A stretch of 64,000 nucleotides of DNA from Diadema antillarum (taxonomy: Eukaryota): contig NW_027272244.1 of NCBI RefSeq assembly GCF_040938485.1, positions 124,001 to 188,000 of the forward strand, given 5' to 3'. The position numbers were made by a program, and so were the translations under genes. Position 1 is the first letter of the stretch, and every line of letters begins with the position of its first letter. Shown one piece after another: positions 40,505-52,050 of this stretch. Below the pieces are notes generated by a model, which was not told where the DNA came from, ran no database searches, and saw nothing but the letters and a program-made list of their open reading frames with translations.

Positions 40505-43500
40505 CTGCGAATATTGAACATGGGGAAAGGCGTTACTTCAATAATTATTATCATTGGCAGTGGCAAGTTCTCTTTAAAGTGGGAAGGGAGTGGACATACA
40601 CGGTTTAAGCAGGGTGTTACTTTTCTTTACAAAACTACGACGACATGACATGCTGAAATACGTGCCAAGAAAGGGGAAAACTCCCCAAACTGCCTTTTAA
40701 TGACAAAGAATATACCTATCTCTTCACACAAAAGTACAACCTGTCACCCCCCCCCCCCCCACACACACACACACACAAACACGTGTGGATACATATAATG
40801 TACGCTTATTGCATATGAAATGTACACATTGATTTACTCTGTATTTATAATCATAGAGAAAACGTGATTCTAAACGGTACTGTATCTATCTTATGTAAAA
40901 TAATTATAGTTGTTGATAATTGAATTTTGTCCCTTTAAAGGAAAGACACAGTTTTGGTTGAGATCTAATTTCAGATTTCTTACATTTTTCGGTGAGATAA
41001 TGAGAAACCTCTTAGGAAATATGAAGGAGCATGTAATTCTATCAGGAATTCAACATTTATTTGATGAAAATTGGTTTTAAAATGGCTGAGATATCCAAAG
41101 AAGAGCGATTCCAATAAAGTATGGGACCCACAATTTATTACGATCGCTTTGTTTTACTTTGTTTTTGGATGTTTCAGTCATTCCAAACCCAATTTTCATC
41201 AAATAAACTTTGAATTCCTCTTAAAATGGTATGCTCTCTACTATATCAAAAGTGTTTTCTTGGTATTTCGTAAAGTGATAAAAGCTCAATTCTCATCTCC
41301 ACCAATACTGTACCATCCCTTTAACGACAAAACAAGATGCAGACTGTAACGTGGGTCAATGGCACTGACAAAAAAAAAAAGTTTGGTGCATATCGGAGTA
41401 AAGAATGCCCATAGGTTTGCATATAAAGGAATTATGCCAATAGTTTTTTGTTCTTTTTTCGCTCTGTAAGAATCAAGAAATTCATGAACAGTTAGATGTA
41501 GGTCTAAAAAGAAACAGTAAGAAACAAATATTCTGTTTTTACCCCCTTCCTTTAAATCTTTAGTCGTTGTTGGCATGATGACCACCTGGTGTCCCCTTGT
41601 TCAGTCATCGGCATTATCTGGATTCAGTTTGCCTTAATTCATGTTTAAAAAAAAGAAATACACTGTAGTAACTCTACGTGTTACTCTACGTACCTGAGAC
41701 ATGGGGGCAAGCCATAGAAGTGCCGCTAGCTACGTAAGTTCCATCCACAGTGCTGTGCCAAATGCTGGTGATGTCAACGCCGGGAGCAAAAAGGTCGACA
41801 CAGTCGCCGTAGTTGGAGAAGTACGCCCTCGTATCAGTGTCATCCGAGGCGCCGGCAGTAATTGCCTGATGAGTGCGCAGGAAAATGAACAGTAGCTCAG
41901 TGAGATGAATTGAGTCTGATTTGACTTTGGGTTTAGTTTGATTTGCTTCTGAGTTCAGTTTGATTTGACTTTGCGTTTAGTTTGAATTTATCTCAAGTTT
42001 AGTTTGATTTCAAAGTGAGTTCATTCTGATTTGACTTTGAGTTTGGCTCAATTTGAATTTTAGTTTAGTTTTATTTGACGTTGAGTTTTATAGTTTTATT
42101 TGACCTTGATTTTTTTTTCTCCAGTTTGATTCGACGTTAAGTTGGATTTAGACGAATTGAGTTGTGAATTTACTATAACATAAACGTTGCTTTAGATGAC
42201 CTCTACTTTAGATTAGAGTTGATTTGAGCTAAGCAGAAATAAGCTGATTCTGATTTGGAGATGAGTCAAAGATGACTTGAGTTGAGTTTGGTGTTGTTGT
42301 TTTTGTTTGTATACATTGTAAGATTCCTGACATAAGTTATTAGGAATTTGGCAACCAGCCATCAGCCATAAAATGTTGAACCTATCTGTTTGCAAGCGTT
42401 GATGTAGACTAAGATTTCACCACTTGGATTGATAAGAAAAAAGGTTTGATGTATTTTTGTTTAAACGCCGATATGCTCACTCATCAGAAAGTTTCCTTTG
42501 TATCTGTCACTAATCACTTGTCATTACAAAACAGGACAAAATGATCATGAAGATAATTCAGACTGACTCTCCAACTAGTCTCGTAACTTTACATAACATT
42601 TGGGAAAATTTAATTCTACGATGTCGACGGCAAGTTAAAACACGAACATTAGGTTTGAACAAGCATATGGACGTAAGAGTAACTATTTTATATGTTAGCA
42701 ATCTGATTTCAGGCGAGATGACATGTAAAGAAACAAGAAATCATAAGCACAAAACTCACAAAATCAGAGCTAATACAAACCTATAATTGAAGAGCTTGCT
42801 TCCAAAAGGCGCTAAATCCATCATTTTTCAATGGATTTAGCGCCTTTTGGTTGCAAGCTCTTCAATTATTGGTCATAACCACAATCATAATCATAAATGC
42901 CTCGGCCATTCGACGTCCATATGAATTTGCTGACCTTTCATTTGCTAATTTTTGCGTTGTTTGTTTCTTTTCCGCTGCACTAATGATAGATCCTCTTTCA
43001 CTGTAATCATTGTATCTAATACAAACTCTTATCGTATAGTCTTCTTAGGTTGCTTAATCTTTCTATGATTATCTCCTCCACTTTTGTTTTTTTTCATGAG
43101 CTTGACTCTTTGCGCGCTTTAAGTGAAGATTAGCACAGAAAACCCTACAGTGTTATAACACAACACTTGACTGTTCAGAGACCCTGGCACAGAGAGGAAA
43201 CATTGTCTCTCTCCTTTTCCCCTTACACCGGAGCTGCTCATTTCCCTCTTTCTCAGTTTTCTTCCTTTTCATGATCCTCTTCTGCTCTTTTTTTCTCCCC
43301 TCCCCTTCCCTCCCACCTGAATTTATCCTCATCCATTATATTTATCGCTTAAGATGTTCTTTGTACTCTGGAGCTCATTTCCATCCCCTTCTTGCTCTTA
43401 ATTTCATCATTATTTTCTTCTCTCTCTCTTTTTTCCCCTTTCTTATCGTGGCTGTGAAGGGATTATCTGTTGTGCAGTAAAGTGGGTGTGTCTAAAATTT

Positions 43501-46500
43501 TAATATTACGTGAGTGTACGTCACATTTCTCGAGTAATCAGCCCTGGCTTATCCGCAGCCATAACTTCTCTACTCACATCGGGAACATTCGCGGGGGAGA
43601 AGGTGCAGGCATCCCGATCGCTGTTTCCGGCCGCTACGCTCACCACCACGCCAGCATCGATCAGACCCTGTGTCGCACGGTCTACAAACGGGTTCTTGGC
43701 GCCCCCTAGCGACATAGATGCGACAGCTGGGAATATGGCGTTGTCCGCCACGTACTCGAATCCTGTATGCGTAAATGGACGAATGAATGAATAAATGGAG
43801 GAATGAATGAATGAACGAACGAACGAACGAACGAACGAACGAACGAACGAACGAACGAACGAACGAACGAATGAATGAATGATTGGAAGAATAAATGAAC
43901 AAGAATGAATCGAAAAAAAAAGATGGCCACATTACTAAGTTGATAAGAGCATACTTTAAAGATACAAACCAAATGGATGGATAAACACATGACAAAGTCT
44001 GTAAACAATTTAGAATAGACATTTTACTGAATACCTGCAACCCCTGATTGTGGAATAATACAAATCAGGAGGCAATAGATAAACCAGCCAACGCTTACAT
44101 GCTCCTTCAACTTTCGTTTCTGAATATGTCTTATTATGATATTAATCGATATTCAGTGCATTCAGTTAATCATACCTACAGAATCACGCTGTGTCTACAC
44201 CATTTACAAGGAATTACACAGTGAGATAGTGTTACTGTATATAAAATACAATAATGTAGATATGCGTGGGTAGTGTATTTATGCATAATATGTTTGTATA
44301 ATATACAAACTTTGATTTGATATTTATTCATAAATTAGTCCTGGATTGATATCTGCAACCTTCTGAACTCCGGCAGGAAGGGTCTCATGTCTAATAAAAC
44401 AAAGTGTGCGGACACAGTTATAATTGAGTATATGAATATAAGAACGACCCAAGTCCATGGAAGATCATTTCGAGTAAACTAAAAAAAAATTCTTATCTTT
44501 TTTATTTGTCCAATAATATTCTATTTAACTGTGATGGGAAGGCAACGTTGTATATACAAATTAGAACATATACAAATTAGAACATATATTATTATGACAA
44601 TTAACATTTACATTAATTGTGGAGAGGCCATTTTGTGTGGTGGACTTGGGTCGTTCTTTGATTCATATGGACTTGGGTCGTTCTTTGATTCATATACATG
44701 ATATTCTGCTATAGAGATGGGAGAAGGATGAGAGAGGGCGCTATTATATGAATGTAAGAATGACCCAAGTCCTTCATTCTTACATTAATATAAGATTTAA
44801 CTCATTCATTTCAGGCACTTCCGGGGGTAATTAGGATTTATCATTTACACACAAGATGAGCCCATGCATAAGCTACAATTTCCCATGTCAGACTGAATTT
44901 GGCCAAAAATTGGACTTGGGTCGTTCTTATAATATTATTCATATACTCAATTGCTAATATATACTTTATTTTTTTCTACAGTAATATTATATTACATGAT
45001 TCGTGTCCATACATAATATGCACACATAAACATTATAAAAATCAGATATATTATTTTCCTATTTGAAATCAATCAACAGAGATTTTTTTTTTTTTTTAAA
45101 ATAGCATTAACAATAATACAAATACAAAGACTGCACATATGCACTTGCACTCTAACTCACCGATGCACTGATGCATTTTGTAGCTACCCTATTCGGTTAC
45201 ACAATTTATATGTGTTAAATGATTTGTAAAGCTTCGGCTAAAGATAACGATCTCCTGAATTTTGTATGTATTCATTCGTTTGAATAATCAATGATTTTCC
45301 AATTGTCCTTGTATGATTATAATTCACCTTTACAAGATTTCATTATGGTACACTCTGACTATATCTTATATTCATTTTATGTCGGATAATGTGTACAGTG
45401 TTGGAAAAATGTTTGTTATGTCGTATATACTTTGTGAAAAACGCAGAAATAAATCAAATCAAATCAAGTCAAATCGAATGCATTATTCGCTTGTCTGTAT
45501 GGTAGTGTTTAATTGTCTGTGAATGTATATGAAGGAATGCAGGTCTCCTAACGTTCAAAGATGCCTTACCAGCAGTAATGTCGGTAAGAATACCAAACCC
45601 AACGCAGCTCAAAGCTCGGACTCCGTAGATTGTGGCCTTTTTAGCGACACCATACTTTGTCCCAGCGACCGTCCCAGAACAGTGCGACCCGTGGCCATTG
45701 CAATCAATGCCGTACTGAGGAGTGGAGAGGAGAGAACAAAGAAATTAATCAACAAAACAAAGTAGATAAGCAAACAAATATTGAATACGTAAATGAATGA
45801 GAGAGTGACAGACTGAGACAAACGTAGCATAATATTCTTATTATGATAATTGAGAGAGAATTATATAAACGCAAACATGATAGTCCATGACTTGAAGAAT
45901 TCATTGGTGTCGGACTGTACAGTACTAGTTGAGGTGAGGATTTAGCTTTTAACGTTTTGCGAGATATTCAGAAACCACTCTGTGAGATGTCAAAGATCAT
46001 GCAATTCTAAGGGGTATCAATAGTTTATTTGATGAAAATCGGTTTTGAAATGGCTGAGATATCCCAAAAGAAGGTGAAACAAAGAGATCCTAATAAAAGG
46101 CGTGGCCTGTCGCCTTTTATTGTTATCATTTCTTTGGATATCTCAGCCATTTGAAAACCAATTTTCATTAAATAAACGTTGAATCCTTCTTAAAATGACA
46201 TGCTCTTCCATATGTCATAAGAGGTTTCTCATTATCTCACTTATGAATGCTATAAATCTGAATCCTCACCTCAACCAGTATCGTACAGTCCCTATAAAGA
46301 ATAATACACAACCCACTGCGTATACCCTGAAATCACTTCAGTTCTGCACTTCATATTTTTTTTTTGTCTGCCATGATAATAACATATTAATATGAAATGC
46401 AAAGGTATATGCATAAACACACATACACAACCTATATCAATTGAAGAGTGTAAATGAAAAAAAACCGATATATGCCTTTTCATTAACTTGGTATATTTGA

Positions 46501-47464
46501 GATGGAAGCTTCTGAAAAGCAAAATCAAAATATGAATCAAAATTTTGCAAAAATGTAAGTAATTTCTGCAAAAATGATTATTGTTTTTTAACGAATGAAG
46601 TATCACTGACAAAGCTAATTCTTCTCTGCTGAGTGATGACCTTAAAATAAAAATTTGAAAATGGAATTTATNNNNNNNNNNNNNNNNNNNNNNNNNNNNN
46701 NNNNNNNNNNNNNNNNNNNNNNNNNNNNNNNNNNNNNNNNNNNNNNNNNNNNNNNNNNNNNNNNNNNNNNNNNNNNNNNNNNNNNNNNNNNNNNNNNNNN
46801 NNNNNNNNNNNNNNNNNNNNNNNNNNNNNNNNNNNNNNNNNNNNTCATAATATAATAATCATATCTTTACATATCTTTGTATACGTACATGTATGCATAT
46901 GTATGTATAATTATGTATATGCAAACAGATATATCCATATTTTATCTGTTATCATATGTGCGGGAAGCTATGGGCGATGTAATTCCTTCAGCTTACTTCA
47001 GGGTCGTCGCGGTTATCTGTTCGGGAGTCATACCCAACGAAAGCGCGGCCTTCAAGGTCCTGGTGCATCGTATTGACGCCTGTGTCTATCACGTAGACGT
47101 TGACACCTTCTCCATCTACATTCATCATCACAACAACGTCAAATAAAAACAACAATGTATAAATTTAAAGTTCAAATTTAGACAAATAAATCAATGGCAG
47201 TAGATCGAACATAAATCTTGGTAATAGGAAAAGTGAATGTAGAGTAATCAGGAAGTGCATTCCAGGTGTACATTGATTTCGAAAGAATGAATAAATTGAC
47301 TTGTCCGATAGATACATTATGAATTATGATATAAACATGGATACAAACATATTAATCAATCAGTTGATAATAGAAAGAGATGTAAGTGTGTAAAGCCATG
47401 TTGAAATTGAAACCCTTTTGAATAATTCGCTTATATTTGATTGCTATGAAGTCGTTTCAGTCAC

Positions 47465-47512
<48 letters not shown>

Positions 47513-48159
47513 ATGGAAACCATTACTCCTGGTAAAATAAAAGATCGTGGCGATTTATTGATATGACACACACACTGTTGAAGAAAAGAAGATAAAGTGG
47601 AGTGGCAATTTTAAAACCAAAAAGACAAAATCATCCCTTGATTTTGTTTTCATGTTTAATTTTTGCTTCGTAGTTCCCACAATCTTATCCCAGAAAATAA
47701 GAAGTTGACTGATGTGAAAAAAATTGTCTTAATTTATTTCTTATCTCTCTCTCTCTCTCTCTTATATATCCATTGACATATATTTTGTCATTTGCATGTT
47801 TCTACATTCATTAATAGCGTTAATATTTTTTCCTTCATTCCCATAGATTTCTTGTATTCTTTCTCATAATTACATGGACTACACGGACGGTTATTCCTCT
47901 TGGCAAAAGTCCACATAATCAGCCAATTTTAGCAAGCCCGAACTCCTCTTTAACCTGACCCAGCGAAGTCATTGTCATTCAGTCATTATCAAATGGCAAC
48001 TCTAAAGTGAACTGCGTTATACATACTAGTGCAGATTCTGAATGTTTTTGATTGGGTTCTATCCTATCTGTATACCGCACACGGCAGTCTCGCACACAAC
48101 GCCAGCCTGTGCTTTCATTGCTGGAGTTGGTGGTGATACCCCGAGAATTTGCACGCCCG

Positions 48160-48191
<32 letters not shown>

Positions 48192-51100
48192 TATTACAGG
48201 GAGGATAGAATCCAATCAAAAAATTTCAGAATCTGAACTTAATATATACTGGAGAAAGATTGCATTTAATTCATAGATTTCATTGAATATGTAGAGTCCC
48301 CCCCCCCCCCAAAAAAAAAAAAAATATATATATATATGGGTATGTATATGTACAATAAATGAATAAACACAAAAACATGAATTGAAAGCACCAAATCCAT
48401 TTCAATATAAAAAAGAAATACAAAGAAAGAGAAACTTTAACTTCTTAAATGTGTTGTCACTAAATGAACTCGCTCTACTTTGAGCAATTAACAGGCATTT
48501 GAAAATTCTGAAAGTGAACAAACAATCATGTATTATATAAACACCAAAAGCACAACTGGTAAGAACGTTCTTATTTTACTTTACAAAACGCTAAAGGAAA
48601 TATTCAGAAGCAAAATACTGCACTGACACACAGAAATTATGGTCTCTTGGACTTCGTGGGATAATGAATTACCACTATTAAAACTAAAATTTGGATAGCT
48701 GTGAATCAACAAGGCGTAGAGAACAACATTTAGTAACACCGAGAGTCCCCTGTACCTGAATGCTCCCGTATCTTACTGAATACTCTTCGTTCGCATAAGA
48801 ACTTACCAGCAACAACGCTCTTTACCTGTTGAAGATAAAGAGCTTAATGTTTGCTATGTAAATATCATATCTGTCTGTTAATCTATATTTCAGTGGGCTT
48901 CCAGACTTCTTCCTTTTTTACGGTGCTTCAATTTATCTTTCCATCAATGTTCTCTTCCAGAGGGGCCCACATCACACAAGCTCTGCTGTTTAGTGGTTTA
49001 GCGGGTCCCTCCATTTTTCGCACTTTACGCAAGGTTATACATGTATTTTATTTCAACCACTTCTGTTTCTTTCTTTTTTTACTACAATGTACAATAACTA
49101 TAAGTTTCCTCAATTACTATATAGTCTTTTCATTCTACAATGTTCTCCTTACTTTATTCTCTTTTAATCAAAGGAAGTGAAAAATACATGTTCTGTCGGA
49201 ATATAAAACAACCTTTGAATTTAATTGAATGGAAATTAATTGTATTACCGACAAAAAAAAAAAGTTAATCATCTTGCAGCACTCGCAAAAATCTAACTCC
49301 CTATATAGTAATGTTTTCGTATGAGCAATGAGACAGGGAAATTTAAAAAAGGAAAAAGAAAAATGACTATGGGATATGTAAATAAGGAGAACAGAACAAG
49401 AAGAACTAATGACAAATAGTCAGAATCAGAAAAAAAAACACAGGAAAATGCATAAGAATTAGAATGAAATAAGATAGAAAAAGGAAAAAAAAAGGAGATG
49501 AGACTACAAAGAGTTAAAGAGAAGAGTAACGAGGATGAGGAGGACGAACAACAGGGTGTGTGTGTGTGGGGGGGGGGGGGGGGTTGACAATGTCTAAGAA
49601 CAGTAATATAATAGTTTTGTGATTTTACCTCCCTCCGGAGCGTACATATCATCGAGGGGGAGATTGTCTTGATCAATTCGATCGAGGCCCCACGATGCTA
49701 CCGACTGTGTCCTGAATACCGTGTCCTGGTGGATGTACTCGACGCCTTCCAAACCACGCACCTGTCAAAAATAAGGTTTGATTTGGGTCCAAAAGCAAAT
49801 TTATCTCTTTGACTTTTAATACGTCTCCGTCTTTATTTGTCTACCCTCTCCCTCTCCCCCACTTTCTCTCTCTCTCTCTCTCTCTCTCCCTCACTCGCTT
49901 TCTCTTCCTCTCTCTTCCTCTCGTTCTTTACTTCATTAAAATCAACAGGTTATTCATTGTCCACAGGAAAATATAAAGGGCACAACTAATTTCGATTATG
50001 ATAACGCATGATGATGATGATAATGATGACTAGAAAGTTGTTGGCCATTTTTTTTCTCACTTTCATGAACATTGTTATCATTATATTGGTAATAGTAGAA
50101 TTGGTTCAAAATTAAGAGTGGTTTTAAGAAGAATTACAATGAAAAATAGATCAAAACTTTTTATCAGGATTTTTTTTCTCGAATATCTCATTATATCAAA
50201 ACTATACCTTCATTTAAATAACATTGAATTTCTCTTATAATAAAATGCTCCTTCGTATTACATAAGATGTTTATTGTTATCTAACAATTAATAATTTTAG
50301 AAACCTGAAGTCCCATTTCCATTCAATCTTTGTCATCCCTTTAATCTTTTTTTTCTGATGCAGGAAATGTAGAAAAAAAAAGTGTCGGTTGCCAATTCGC
50401 TGAGGGTGACGATTTCTGCGGAAAATTTAATGGAGTAATTAATTGGTAAGCGAAATGAGATAACACACAAAGATTGTTATTTTTCAAGTCCCATTATCGC
50501 ATTAACGAGTATTTACTTCGCGATATCGCTATCGTAAGGTATAGAAACAGCCTTGCGTGTTACACGAGCATTTGGTCTTCTTCCCAGGGGGCGAGGAAGC
50601 CACGGATAATAACGTGTTCTCTGAATAATGACACGTGTGCAACGTGATGCTTATGAATATTCATGCATTCTTATGCCCCCAGCCGAAATATGAATAATTT
50701 TAGTCGACGTGATGAGGTAACTAACTGCAGACTTGAAAAGTGCGGCGTATAACACAAAATTATTTACATGCCACGAAGAGCTTGCTTCCAAAAAGCACTA
50801 AATCCTTAAAAAATGATGGATTTAGCCATGGACTATCAGATTTTGTTCCTGGGTTCGAATCCTTGTGTTCAAATAATTTGTCTGTTGAACACTTTCTTTG
50901 ACAAAATGGTCCAAGGAACTATAACTTCCTGTTGTTTTATGTTCACCTCATGACTATCTTGACAATGCTGCGATACGATAAAACGATAAAGGAAGATGCT
51001 ATCCTAACTATCTGTCGGACAATACGGCGAATACGTTAAAGGCTGCAATGGATTAAATAGGTCATAATTTTCCCTACTTTGTCTCAAAGGCCCTACAACG

Positions 51101-52050
51101 AATTCGTATTCTTTTTTGTTTGGATACTTACAATTTCCACCAACTCGTCACTGAGTTTAGCGCTGAAGCCCTTGATGACTTTGTAGTAGCGATGGAAGAT
51201 CTTTCCCTTCAGAAGTCCAAACGACGGCAGACTGGCCAGCTTGTCGACTACGGAATCGACGTCGAAATCGTCCTTAGAGATACAAAACAATGAAATGAAG
51301 TAAAAGCGTATCAACTTTGGTACATACTTGGAAGTTATAATTTAGTTTCTCGCGAGCCCAACATCTATGACATAAAGTGGTAATGGGTGGAATGGCATTT
51401 TGTTTTCACAATGTCATAAATTCAGGAGTCATGATGAAAAAGGAATATCCGAACATGTTGTTCTTTTTTTATTTTTGCAATCATAATGGCCGAGCACTTA
51501 ATTGCTTCCTTTTCAGGCTGAGAAAACAATATTATTTGGACATGCATCAACAGGTCAGCTATCTATATAAAAACATGTCATTCTGAGACTCTCTTGATGT
51601 TTTATCAGTATAATTATAATCTTGACGATACCTATCATTGTAGCCGTCTCATCCAGCAAAGACCGACCACATTTTATTTACACTTTCCATGCCAATGAGT
51701 CCAATTTTCACAAAACTGGTGTGGCAAGAACAGGGTTAATTCTCACTGATGTGCTGTATACTATCTACATTCACAAAATACACAAAATACTCGAGAAAAT
51801 CCTTTTGAGTACAAATTACGCCGTTCGTACCACTCACGAAGATAGATAATGTACATTGACTTGAAAAGTATATTGAGCACTATAATCTGATTGAGTATAC
51901 ATAAACGCATTAAAAAGTGTCGATATTTACCTTGATTTTGATGGCGAAACGGCCTCTCACCCCATCGTTCGCTTCATCCACACGATAGACCGGTGCCAGT
52001 GCAGAGACGGCGGCTAAAGCCGACAACAAAGTAGCGGCGAAAAGTTTCAT
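40359..52050 (-). CDS. Secreted S8A subtilase with I9 prodomain (proteinase K/aqualysin/PCSK9 group), complement(join(51931..52050,51132..51272,49629..49761,46997..47115,45570..45714,43578..43762,41694..41865,40359..40504)), 386 aa
   Basis: Eight GT-AG exons join in frame (1161 nt). Signal peptide, I9-like GFSAKL, catalytic IDTG (D142), HGSHC (H179), AAGN (N266), GTSMACPH (S331). Confidence 0.93.
40935..41324. mobile_element. TTAA-flanked quasi-palindromic MITE in subtilase intron 7
   Basis: ttaaagga...ccctttaa; internal inverted blocks shared with the 35317 and 45912 copies. Confidence 0.75.
41694..41865 (-). CDS. Subtilase exon 7 (catalytic Ser)
   Basis: AITAGAS...[14 protein letters not shown]...[11 protein letters not shown]; donor G|GTACGT; not in the ORF track. 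Confidence 0.93.
41905..42165 (+). repeat. Degenerate T-rich tandem repeat built from ttgatttgactttg / agtttagtttg units
   Basis: Recurring 5-mer-derived units visible by eye in intron 6. Confidence 0.7.
42789..42863. mobile_element. 75-bp hairpin mini-MITE (GAAGAG termini, AATT flanks)
   Basis: aatt|gaagagcttgcttccaaaaggcgctaaatccat-catttttca-atggatttagcgccttttggttgcaagctcttc|aatt. Confidence 0.85.
43578..43762 (-). CDS. Subtilase exon 6 (oxyanion Asn)
   Basis: ...VASMSLGG...[19 protein letters not shown]; donor GAT|GTGAGT. Confidence 0.93.
43782..43882 (+). repeat. Compound (GAAT)n(GAAC)n(GAAT)n microsatellite
   Basis: Directly visible just upstream (in transcript orientation) of the exon 6 acceptor. 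Confidence 0.95.
44426..44948. mobile_element. TIR element with GAG termini, AATT flanks and five internal 17-bp motifs
   Basis: aatt|gagtatatgaata ... tattcatatactc|aatt; AAGAACGACCCAAGTCC in both orientations. Confidence 0.85.
45570..45714 (-). CDS. Subtilase exon 5 (catalytic His)
   Basis: [27 protein letters not shown]...; donor G|GTAAGG. Confidence 0.92.
45912..46296. mobile_element. Quasi-palindromic MITE in subtilase intron 4
   Basis: ggactgtacagtactagttgaggtgaggatt / aatcctcacctcaaccagtatcgtacagtccc termini; same internal blocks as 35317 and 40935. Confidence 0.75.
46672..46844. other. Assembly gap (inside subtilase intron 4)
   Basis: Run of N. Confidence 1.
46997..47115 (-). CDS. 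Subtilase exon 4 (catalytic Asp)
   Basis: [24 protein letters not shown]...; donor GAA|GTAAGC. Confidence 0.92.
47461..47513 (+). repeat. (CA)n microsatellite
   Basis: Directly visible. Confidence 0.95.
49629..49761 (-). CDS. Subtilase exon 3 (prodomain end, SWGLDRIDQ)
   Basis: ttttgacag|[31 protein letters not shown]...; phase 1 donor G|GTAAAA. Confidence 0.92.
50775..50827 (+). mobile_element. Truncated copy of the hairpin mini-MITE, followed by a tRNA-like B-box fragment
   Basis: gaagagcttgcttccaaaaagcactaaatcc...ggatttagc, then gggttcgaatcc near 50850. Confidence 0.65.
51132..51272 (-). CDS. Subtilase exon 2 (I9 prodomain)
   Basis: DDFDVD...[18 protein letters not shown]; donor ATT|GTAAGT; phase 0. 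Confidence 0.9.
51931..52050 (-). CDS. Subtilase exon 1 (signal peptide, start of prodomain)
   Basis: [17 protein letters not shown]|LAPV...IKIK; donor AAG|GTAAAT; phase 0. Confidence 0.9.

Noticed and set aside
3445-43880. Low-complexity ORFs (poly-[14 protein letters not shown] repeats)
   Set aside because: Translations of microsatellites.
44426-44948. Repeated 17-bp motif as a CRISPR array
   Set aside because: Mixed orientations, irregular spacing, inside a TIR element, eukaryotic context, no cas genes.
40359-52050. Bacterial or fungal contamination, or recent horizontal transfer, for the proteinase K-like gene
   Set aside because: Seven spliceosomal introns filled with host repeat families, at positions matching PCSK9 as recalled.
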